Assembly: GCA_965287045.1 (NCBI GenBank)
Contig: OZ336880.1
Span: 40,858,001 to 40,922,000 of the forward strand
DNA length: 64,000 nt
Direction of reading: 5' to 3'
Source: Carcharhinus amblyrhynchos
Taxonomy: Eukaryota
Shown here: in pieces, positions 11,101 to 23,100 of the stretch
How the letters are laid out: each line of letters starts with the position of its first letter
Numbering within the stretch: position 1 is the first letter of the stretch
Made by a program: the position numbers and the translations under genes
The notes under the pieces: generated by a model
Databases searched by the model: none
What the model saw: the letters and a program-made list of their open reading frames with translations, nothing else
Told to the model about the DNA's origin: nothing

Positions 11101-14100
11101 CGTTAGTCACATAAGAGATGTTGGTGGTGCGATAATTACTAAAGATGCCCTTTCAGCACCTGTCCCAGTAGAGCAACCAACAGAAATTCTTAAAAAAGAG
11201 AAGAAAATTGAGGAGCTTATAGTTACTAGCATTTCTAAACCGAAAAAGCCAGGTGAAACACTAATAAAAATCACCAAAGACATTCCAGTAATTATTAAAG
11301 GGCTTACAGATATCATTGTAGATGAAGATAGTGACGTAAAATTAAGCACAGTCATTACAAAAGTTAACAAGGTAAATTGGTATATCAATGGGAAGAAAAT
11401 CATTTCAAAACATGAGTTCAAATGTTTACAAGAACTTGACACTTACTCACTTATAATCAACAATGTACAGAAAGCGGACCATCAAGGAGAATATGTCTGT
11501 GAGGCACTGAATGAAGCTGGAAAAGCAACTACTTCTGCAAAACTCACAGTTATTATAAGAGGTTGGATTATGGGGATAAAATCTTTGTTAATACGAACTT
11601 CAAAAGCTAATATATTGAACTAACTATGTAGTTAACTTTTGATATTAGTTTCTCAAAACTCAACTGAGTTTATGCCAATAAATTAACATGACTAAATATT
11701 TCCTTCCCTCCTTCCTTCCATTCCTGTCTTCCTTTTTTACCTTCCTTATTTTAAAAGTAAAAGCATTATCTAGTTATCAATCTCTATACCGTGCAGTCAA
11801 AGCCTGATCAGACCGCATCAGTTGATTTCACAGATATTTTGCATCAAAAATTTCAAAACTTAACATCATTAATTTAGCAAACCTAATCTGGTTTTGTATT
11901 AATTTAAATGAAAATTGCATTCTGGCTTGATGCAATCTTCAGATGCTTTCACTGTCGGTAATAAGTAACTTTTAAAGCTTTAAGTTATGTTAAAACTTTA
12001 CTGTGACTATATTATTATTTTTTGGTCTCTTATACTTTAACATTAACTTTTGATTAACATCAGCCATGGTGCTTTAAGTTTCTACTAACAGAATTAATAT
12101 TGCTTTCATCCCCATATCCATATTTGAGGAGTTGCTAGATTTTTTGTCATTATCATCACTTTGTCATAACGAAAAGACATTTCTTCCTAAAACTTAATAT
12201 CACCGTTTCTGTCATTTTTTTTTCTCTAGGAAAACATTTCATAGACGTACCAATTACTTGCATGTTTCTATGGACACCACACATGTCAATAAATGTTGAA
12301 TTTCATTCATTGAAGTCTTTCATTTGTTGAGCACAACCACTGGTCAGCTAACATTTTTAACAATCATTTCTTCTCCACAGTCACTCCTTGGATTGTTAGT
12401 TACTGTCACCCTCCCTCCTCCATCTATGAATTTCAGGGGGTCACATACGAAAAGAATTACAGTTAACTATTGCAGTATTTTCACATATTTTCCTTTAATT
12501 TAAATCATAGTGCCTCCGTCTTTCAAGAGGAAGATTGAACCACTGGAGGTGATAGTTGGACAAGCTTCTCAGTTTGAATGTGAAGTTGATCCTATTCCTG
12601 ATGTAAGGTTCCAGTGGTTTCGAGCAAGAGCTGAACTTCGCGATAGTGAGAAGTACAGGATTGTGAATGAGAAATACATCTCCGTCTTGAAACTTCTGAA
12701 GCCTCAGCTAATTGACTGTGGTGAATACACCTGCAGAGCATCCAACCAGTGTGGTAGTGTTAGCAGCACAGCCAAACTGATGGTGACTGGTAAGTCATCC
12801 ATGTTCAAATTGTCTTTCATTTTAACAATTTGTTTTCAATCAGACTGTCTTAAAAGATTTGGATGGTTTCATAGGTACCTTTACTTCACATATGTCTTAA
12901 TATCACTTTCAACAATAGCAATACATGTTTTGATATTTTTATATCATTTAATTATGAAAATAGTTACATTTTGAAAAGATATTTAAATAGTCAATGACTT
13001 TGCCTATCATCTGTTCATTCCTTTTATAAAATCACTATTGTGGCTTCTTTGTAATGATAAAGCTGTCTGTTTTGCTAATAGAGTGGGTTGAATTTTTCCA
13101 TTTGGATCATGAGTCCAACCCTGGCCCCAGAAGTGGCAGTGGTGGAGTGTTGCTTGTGATCTTCCCAGAGGCAACCAATTGGCCTCTGGAAGCGCTGTCC
13201 AATTAAAGACAGCAGGAGGACCAATGAAGTGAGGGCATGTAACAATGTCTGGCTCGCAGCCCACTAGAAGGGTGGACTGAGATGAGCATGATGTGGATGT
13301 GCCGGCGTTGGACTGGGGTAAACACAGTAAAAAGTCTAACAACACCAGGTTTTAGTCCAACCGATTTATTTGATAGTAAACGCACAAGCTTTCGAGGTTT
13401 CCCTCTTTGTCAGGTGAATGGAGAGTTCTGGCCTCAGACAGAGCATATAAAGCACAGACAGTTTAGAGATTACTGATTAGAATGCGAATCTTTACACCTA
13501 ACCTGCTGTTCAAGTCTTAAAGTGGCCGACAATGTGTGTGGAAGGAGCACTGATCACAGGTTAAAGAGATGTGTATTGTCTCCAGACAGCACAGTGAGTG
13601 AGGTTTTGCAAACCCAGGCAAGTCACGGGGGTTACAGATAGTGTGACATGAACCCACACTATCTGTAACCCCCGTGACTTGCCTGGGTTTGCAAAACCTC
13701 ACTCACTGTGCTGTCTGGAGACAATACACATCTCTTTAACCTGTGATCAGTGCTCCTTCCACTCACATTGTCGGCCACTTTAGGACTTGAACAGCAGGTT
13801 AGGTGTAAAGATTCGCATTCTAATCAGTAATCTCTAAACTGTCTGTGCTTTATATGCTCTGTCTGAGGCCAGAACTCTCCATTCACCTGACGAAGAGGGA
13901 AACCTCGAAAGCTTGTGCGTTTACTATCAAATAAATTGGTTGGACTAAAACCTGGTGTTGTCAGACTTTTTACTGAGATGAGCAGGCAGCCATCAGAGAT
14001 CTCCCTAAGATTGAGATGCTCTCCAGAGGATTTTGAAATGCTCAAAATCCCATTTGGTTGCACCTATCAAGCCATCAGTGTAAAGGATAAGCCCACAACA

Positions 14101-17100
14101 GGTTAGCTTGTGGCCAGGAGGCTTTATTCAGGTAAATGATGGACAATAGCCTCATTGGGTGGTCCCCAACAATGGCATCTCTCCCCCAGTTGGTTCAGTA
14201 ATGTGTTTAAAGCATTACAAAATCATTGCAATCAATTAATATATCTGTATAGCTGCATGATTAGTATACGACCGTTGAAATTAAACTACGACACATAGTC
14301 CTCCACATATAAAACTTCATCTTTAGAAAAATACTTAATTTTGAATTCATATCTTCCTTCAGTAACACAATACAGCACCTTGGCATCTGAATCAGTTTTG
14401 TTACCTAGATAATTGTTTTGCAAATTAGTTTTTTTTCTGACTGTGAGCTTTCTGAATGCCACAACAAATGCAGCAGAGGTTATCAAAAATGCTGCAACAA
14501 ATGCAGCAAAGAACATCAATGTCATCTCTTTACTTGTGTCTTTCTGATTTTCTTTAAAGTAAATCGGGACAATATAACTGTCCTAAATGAGTACTAACTT
14601 AAAGCTTAATTCCTTCAAAAATGAAAATCTTAACCAAGATGTTTCTTTTGTAGAACTTACACCACCCAGCTTTATAACTAGACTGGAATCACTTACAACA
14701 TTTGTGGGTAAAACTGCAAGACTTCAGTGTACAGTGGCTGGATCACCTGTGATCCACACCACTTGGCAGAAGAATGGTGTTGATATTACTGATGAAGAGA
14801 ACTGCAAAATATCAGTCAAAGACAACAAACGTGTTTTAGAAATTACCAATGTAAAGGTTCTGAATAAAGGAAGCTATTCTTGCAAAGCGACCAATGACTG
14901 TGGCACTGAAATTTGCAGTGCTGATCTGATAGTACTTGATAAACCGCATTTCACTAAGACTCTTGAACCTACTCAGACTATAATTAACTGCAGTACACAT
15001 CTTGAATGTCACGTAGATGAAGACACAGCAGTTAAAGTGTCATGGAAAAAAGATGGATTAGAACTTCATTCTGGCAAAGATTATAAAATTACATTTGAAG
15101 ACAAGGTAGCAGTTTTAGAAATTCTGAAAACCAAGCTGAAGGATGCAGGAAATTATGTCTGTACTGCTTCAAATGAAGCTGGAAGTGATTCTTGCTCAGC
15201 GGCATTAGCAGTGAAAGGTAAGGAGTTCTGGAGATTACTAACCTCTGGGAAGCAAAACTTGTGGCTGTTTGGATAAAACTAATTACAGATTTTAAGATCT
15301 TTTATTAGAGGCAACATTTCTTGTTGCAGGTTAGACAACTAACTCTAATTGCTCTTTGTTCAAATCATATTTTTCTTCATTTTAATTTGCAAATTTTATA
15401 TAGGTGCAATCGCATTTATTAAATAACACGTTCATTAAAACATCTTGATTAAAGGCTGTTTCCTAATGCAGCTGATTCTTATTTATGATTGCCTCATTTT
15501 CATAGTTTAATGAAGCTGAGGATAATATCACTGTTTTTGTCATTACCCTTTTTCTATAAATTCAATAAATGTTACCCTTAAAGATAATTTTTCATTTTGT
15601 AAGATATAGTATTGAAGCAATTGTGAATTTTGTAGAACAAAGTAACTATGCTTTATATGCATCATTTTGTACATCATAGGTAAATTATGCCTTTCTTCTC
15701 GTAAGCAAAATATGCACAGTAGATAAATATTTCTGTCACAGTGAAAGCTATCTTTTTCTTAATTTTAATTAAACAGGCATTTGTCTTGAATATTCTCAGT
15801 TCCTCCAAATCAGATGACTATGTATTTGTCTGAAGACAATCTTAATCTTGTACAGTATAAATATTTTCTCCACGATATAATGAGAAATATTGAGTCAAGA
15901 GAACAAGTTAATAATGCAAATTAATGGAGTCTATCTGAATTAGGAAGTTGTTCTTTTAACACAGTCACGTTAATTACAAGTACTGTGCAGTTAGGATTGT
16001 GACAAATTCGTTGCATTTGGATTCAGGTTCACATAGCACATTTGTGTGAGAAATAAGACTGATGAGCTGCAGATGCAGATAAGTGCATGGAAACATGATG
16101 TTGTGGTGATAACAGAGATCTGGCACAAAGAGGGACAGGATTGGGTATTAAATATTCCTTGTTACAAGGTGTATGAGAAAGATAGGAAATGAAGGAAAGG
16201 AGGAGAGGCATTATTGATTAAGGAGAATTTTGCAGTGCTTGAGAGAAGGGATGTCACAGAGGGGTCAAAGGCAGAATCTATTTAGCTGGAACTAAAGAAC
16301 CAGAAAAGATGCAATTACATTGCCCATTGTAGTCTATTGACAGTCAACAAGTGAAAAAGCCCCTAGGAAAGAAAAGAGTAGTTACAATGGGGGACTTTAA
16401 TTGCCTGAATATAGACTGAAAGGCAGAGCGGGGAAAGATTCCCAACAGTTCATTCAGTTTAATTTTCTGTAGTAGTTTGTTTTCAGTTCAAAGAGAAAGG
16501 AGGCATTGCTGGATGTAATGCTCGGGAGTTAGTTGAGCCAGCTGGATCAAGTGTTAGTAGGGGAGCATTTAGGAGGTTATTGTATCGTGAAGCTCAATCT
16601 AGTGTGAGAATGATTAAATTGTACAAAAGGAACTTCAATGTGGTCAGGATAGATCTGGCCCAGATAAATTGTAAGCAACTGTCAGACAATGTTACAACAA
16701 TGTAACTGAACAATTTAAATTTACTTTAAATAAGTAGCTGGTCAAGTATGCTCAAGGTGTATGTCCATGAAGATGAACACATGGGCAAACAAATGCAGAG
16801 CTCCAGAATGGTGAAAGGAATAGAGATTATGATGAAATAGGAAAAAAACGTGCGTATGGCAGATGTCAGATAGATAATACAAGTGAGAGCCAGACCAAAT
16901 ATAGAAGGGCCAGTAGGGGGTTGAAAAAACAAATCAGAGGAGCAAACAGAGTATGAGGAGAGACTGCCAGCTAACATAAAATGAATCCAAAAGTCCTCTC
17001 AAGGTATATAAATAGTAAAAGGATGGTAAGAGGAGGAATGGGACTGATTATGGTCCAAAAAGGGGATTTGCACATGGGGCTAGGGGACATAGGTGAGGTA

Positions 17101-20100
17101 TTGAATTAATGCTTTGCATCTGGCCATATTGAGGAAGAAGACCCAGGTCATGATGAAAGAAGAGGGAGTTCAGACAGTTGAGAGTTTACAGTTGATAAGT
17201 AGGAGGTATTATGTAGGCTTTGTTTACTTAAAGTTGATAAGGCATTAGGACCAGATGAAATGCATCCAAGAATACAGAGGGAAGTCAGAGTGGAAATTGC
17301 AGAGATATGGCTATAATTTTCCAATCTTCCTTAGACTCCAGGTCAGCACATAGAAATCATAGAAACCCTACAGTACAAAAAGAGGCCATTCGACCCATCG
17401 AGTCTGCACCGACCACAATCCCACCCAGGCTCTATCCCCATGTCCCTACATATTTACCTGCTAATCCCTCTAAACTACACATCTCAGGACACGTAAGTGC
17501 AATTTTTAGCATGGCCAATCAACCTAACGTGCATATCTTTGGATTGTGGGAGGAAACTGGAGTACCCGGAGGAAACCCATGCAGACACGAGGAGATTGTG
17601 CAAACTCCACACAGACAGTGACCCAAGCCGGGAATCAAACCCAGGTCCCTGGAGCTATGAAGCAGCAGTGCTGACCACTGTGCTATTGTGCTGCCACCAA
17701 TGACTGGAGAATTGCAAATGTTAAAACGTAGTCCGAAAAAGGGTACAAAGGCAATGTAGTGGGACAGCTTTTAATAATTCTATACAAAATTAATAGTCAT
17801 TTGGACAAATGTGTGTTAATGAAGAAGAGCCAGTACAGACTTGTGAAGGGAAAATCATGTTTAGCTAACTTGTTTGAGATTTTTGATGAGGTTACAGAGG
17901 GTTGATGAGGGTAATGCTATTGATTTTGTGTACATGAATTTCCAAAAGACATTTGATAATGTTCCACTCAGTACACTTGTGAGCAAAGTTGGAACTCATT
18001 GGAAAAAGGACACAGTCGTATATGGATAAAAAGTTGGCTGAGCGACAGGAAGCAAATAAGAGTGGTGAACGGTTGTTCTTCAGATTGGAGGAAGGTTTGT
18101 AGTAGAGTTTCCCAATGATGCGTGTAAGGAGCCCTGTTCTTCCATTTATATTTTAATAACCCGGATCTTGGTCTACTGGACACGATTTCAGAACTTACGG
18201 ATTCAAAGCTTGGCGAAATTGTGAACTGTAATGACAATAGTGTAGAACTTCAGAAAAACACAGACAGACTGATGGAATGGGCAGACAAATGGCGTTGAGA
18301 GTTAATGCAGGACCCGAAAATCCGTCTCTTTGTGTTTCTTTTATAATTTGCTTACTTCTGTTCCTTAATTTACCTTTTCAACAAAATAAATAAGGGAGTC
18401 AGATGCTAAGCAATTATTAAGTCAAGCATTCTGTTGATCACACACATTTTAAAATCAAGACCTATCTGAGCCTAAGTGTATTCAGTTTCACACTTCAGTT
18501 GCTGCTTTACATCTGTCACCAACTTAACTGTTTTTTATATATATAGATATGATTTTGCTTTTATCTTTGTTGAAAAATGGTTAAAAGCTTAAACACTAAT
18601 ATCACTAGTGATGATTAATATGGTGTATGTTATATCTTTAAATTTGTTTTAGTGATATTAGTTCTCTTCTTATAAATGCCTCTTCCTTGGCATTTCTTAA
18701 AATATTTCTTCAAACCTCCCTTCAGAACCACCTTCATTCGTTAAGAAGTTAGAACCATCATTGCTATTGAAACAAGGTGATTCAGTGCACTTGCAGTGCC
18801 AAGTGAAAGGGTCACCCGAAATCAGCCTTGCCTGGTACAAGAACAATAAGATTCTCAGTTCCTCCGAAAAGTACAAGATATCATTTGCTGACACTACAAC
18901 TGTTCTTGAGATTCATGATTTAAATGTAGAAGATAGCGGGGATTATGTGTGTGAAGCACAAAATGAAGCTGGAACTGATAGCTGCAGCTCTGCCATCACA
19001 ATCAAAGGTCTGTATGATGTTGTCATTGATTTCACATTAGGCAACATCATTGTTGCTTTCTCTCATCTCTTTGGAAAAAAATACTCGTTTAAAATAGAAT
19101 GTTAGCATGGGATTTTTATGTTTTCCTTTGTAGAGCCTCCCTCTTTTATCAAAGCGTTTGAACCTACTGAAGTGGTAAAAGGTTGCGGTTGCACTCTTGA
19201 ATGTGAGCTGGCTGGCACAGCTCCGTTTGACATTCTATGGCATAAAGACAGGAAGCCAATTCGAGCTAGCAAGAAGTACAAGATGACCTCCAAAGATGCT
19301 CATGCTTCTCTCCATATTAGCTTCTTTGAATCCTCAGACGTCGCTAATTATCAATGCACTGTTTCCAACGAAGTTGGAAAATGTCTTTGTGGCGCATCAG
19401 TAAAGTTAAAAGGTTAGTAATATTCTCAGAAAGTGAAGCAAATGCTTTCATCATCTACCAGTATAAGTAGATATTGAGAAATTAACAAAGTTCATTTAAT
19501 GGATGGACCCAACCAATTCTATATGTTCATTTTAAATTAGAACCACCATCATTTGTGAAGAAGATTGAAAATACTTCTGCACTTTTGGGAAGCTCAGCTG
19601 TGTTTCAGTGCAGCCTAAAAGGCTCGCATCCTATTACAATAACTTGGCTGAAAGATAAAGACATTGTCACAGAAAGTGATAATATCAAAATTACGTATGA
19701 GAATAATATTGCTACTCTTCATATTGCTGCTGTTGAAATGAACAACAGTGGGAAATACACCTGTATTGCAGAAAATGAAGCAGGAAGTCAAAAGTGTCTG
19801 GCAACATTTGTTGCGAAAGGTCAGTTTGAGAATGGATTGGCACTTTTTATGCGAGACTCATGTTTTATGAAATTATGATGATTTTGTTAATGGCTACTGT
19901 TTCATTTTGCCATAGAGCCCGCAAATATCCTAGAGAAAGCTGAACCAATTAGTGTTACTGCGGGGGACCCAGCAACTTTGGAATTCACAATAGCTGGTAC
20001 ACCAGAATTAAAAATTAAATGGTTCAGGAATGGAAAGGAGCTGATATCCAGTAGAAAATACAAGACAAGTTTTTCAGACAAGGTCGCCAGCCTAAAGATC

Positions 20101-23100
20101 TTTTCTGCAGAAAATGAGGATAGTGGTGAATACGCTATTGAGGTCAAAAATGATGTGGGCAGTTGCAGTTGCAATACCTTTATTACTGTACTGGGTCAGT
20201 ATCTAATAACCCAATTTTATATTTTCTTTGTTCATTGTAATGTTAAACATTGTTTGAATTTTGTTTTGGTAATCATACTGGTTTGTATCTTGTCTTGGAC
20301 AGATCGCATGGTTGCACCCTCCTTCACGAAAAAATTACGAAAAATGACTAGCATCCTGGGTGCTTCTTTTAACATGGAATGCAAATTTTCTGGTTCTATC
20401 CCAGTCAGTGTATCTTGGTATAAAGATGACAGAGAGATATCAACCAGTGATAAGTACACAATTGCATGTCAAGACAACGTTGCTACTTTGACAATCAATC
20501 ATTCAGAGATTGCAGATGGGGGAACTTACTCATGCAAAGTTACTAATGCTGCAGGAAGTGATGAATGCAGTGGAGTCCTAAGTATAAAAGGTTTGAGCAA
20601 ATAATTAAATTCTGCTTCTGCACTGACGTTTTCTTTTGGGGTTTCTTTCTTGGCTACCTTCTTCCTCTCTTGAAGCTGTTGATGTCTTACCAAGGCATAA
20701 TTCCATGCCATTTTTTTTGAACTTGTCCAACTGCCCATTACTTATGTGTGGAACTCAGCAAAGAATGTTGCTGGAATATTTGACTGTAGAAATTATCTAT
20801 TCAGAGTCATAAGTTGTCTTTGCTCAATGTCTGTATGCACACAATTCTAGCCAGAGATTGGGAATGTGAACTTGTGTAATTTTTCCCTCCTGAACAATGA
20901 TGCTCAGACCAATGATAATGAAATAACCACTGCCCTGGCTGTGGTCAACTAACACAGATTAGGAATTGAACCTTGTGTGTCACTAGTCACTGTTATTTGG
21001 CTATTTTCCAGATAAACTTGCTGAACAACCAGGGGACCCCCTTGAATGACTAAGAGTTAATTGCCAAAATGCTGTGAGTGAGCTACTCTCAGTTAACTGA
21101 GGTACCAGCAGTCTGTTAAGGCACAACACAAAAACTTGGAGCTGGAGTAGGCGATTTGGCCACTTGAGCTTGCTCCATCATTTGATAAGGTCTGATGGTA
21201 ACCTCAATTTCGCTTTTCTGTCTGCCCCCCACCCCCCCCATAATCCTTGGCCCCTTTGTGTATCAAAAGTCTATTTAGTTTAGCTTTGAATATATTCGAT
21301 GACCAGCTCCCTGCTCTCTAGGGAACAGAATTCGACAGGCTAACAAAATTCTGAGAGAAAATAAATTCTCCTTATCTCAGTCTTAAATTGGAGATCCCTT
21401 ATTTTAAACTGTGCCCTCTAGTTCGGGCGGCATAGTGGTTAGCACTGCTGCCTCACAGCGCCATGGACCCATGTTCGATTCCTGGCTTGGGTCACTGTCT
21501 GTGTGGAGTTTGCATGTTCCCTCTGTGTCTACGTGGGTTTCCTCCAGGTGCTCCAGTCTCCTCCCACATTCTGAAAGACATGCTAGTTAGGTGCATTGAT
21601 CCAAACAGGCACCAGAATGTGGCATCTAGAGGAATTTAACAGTAACTTCATTACAGTGTTAATGGAAACCTTTCTTGTGATTAATAAATAAACTTAACTT
21701 AGTTCCATACTGCCCCAGAAGAAGAAACATCCTCCCCACATCCACCTTGTCAGAATCATATATGTTTTAATAAGATCGCCTTTCATTTTTCCAAAATCCA
21801 ACAGCTGTAGCCCCAACCTGCTCAATCTTTCTTCAAGGTAATCCCTTCATCCAAGGAATCAGTTGTCTGAACCCTCCCTGAATTGCTTCCAATGCAATTT
21901 TTTCCTTTCTTAAGTTAAGGAGACCAAAACTTCACAGAGTACTCCAGATGCAGTCTAACCAAAGCCTTGTCTAACTGCAGCTTCTTTTATACTGAATTCC
22001 CCTTGCATTCCATTTTCCTTCCTAATCACTAGGTGTGCCCAATTACTAACTTTTTGTGATTCATATGATCCATTGACTTCTTGAGTCTCTCGCCATTCAA
22101 ATCATGGACTAAATTTTTCTTCTTCATGCCAAAGAGGAAAAATTCACATTTCCCAGCATTATTCTCCAAATTTTTGTCCACCCACTATCTAAATTCCCCT
22201 GTAGACAATTTATGTCCTCTTGGCAGCTTAATTTCCTACCTTTTATTGTGCCAGCATACAGTCCATCCCTTATCCAAGTCATTTTCATGAAAGCTCTGCC
22301 TTCTTAGCCTTGTCCCTCACCTGAGGAGTGGTGACTCTCAGATTGAATTACCACCAGTCAGCTCTTCCCCTGAAAGGGATGAGCAGCTGTGGACATCTGG
22401 GATTGTGGTAACTTGATCTTACCCAAAATAGATTGTAAATCGTTGAGGACCCAGCACTGGTCTCTGTGACACTTCACTAGTTACAATTTGATAATCCAAA
22501 AAAAATCTATTAATCCCTACTCTCTGTTTCCTGTTCACCAGCCAATTTTTATCCATGCTGATATGTTAATCTCTGCACCATATGCCCTTATCGAATGCCT
22601 TTTGGAAATCCAAGTACAACACATCAACTTGAAAATTACTTCATCAAAAAACTTTAGTTTATTTGGCAATCACAACTTCCCTTTCACAAAACCATGTTGA
22701 CTCTGCCTGATTGTATTATGATTTTCTAAATTTTGTGCTCCTACTTCCTTAATAATAAATTCTCAATTTTTTCCTATGACAGACATTAAAGATGTTTTTC
22801 TCTCAGGGGATCATTGGCTTGTTAAATTTCCCATAGTTTCTTGAATTTTGTCTCACATGGGCAAGGTTCTTCTCCACGTATCACTTTACTCAACACTACA
22901 ATGTTTTAGTACGTCATTGCACCCCAACATTAATCCCTGCAAATCATAAGGGAAGGAGGAAATGGGGGGAAAGCTTCCTTGCTTACTGCTGTCTATTCAT
23001 TGATTATGCATTATTCATATGTTGTTTCTTTGAATGTCTTTTAGAGCCTCCCAGCTTTATCATAAAACCTGCTTCTGAGCATGTTCTACCTGGTTCAACT

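Noticed and set aside
13203-14106. Mirror-image ORF pairs (13282-13476 + / 13824-14063 -, etc.)
   Set aside because: By-product of the palindrome; non-coding pLTR sequence
14462-14508. Direct repeat caacaaatgcagca x2 and Ala-rich minus ORF 14286-14525
   Set aside because: Short local duplication; no splice or homology support
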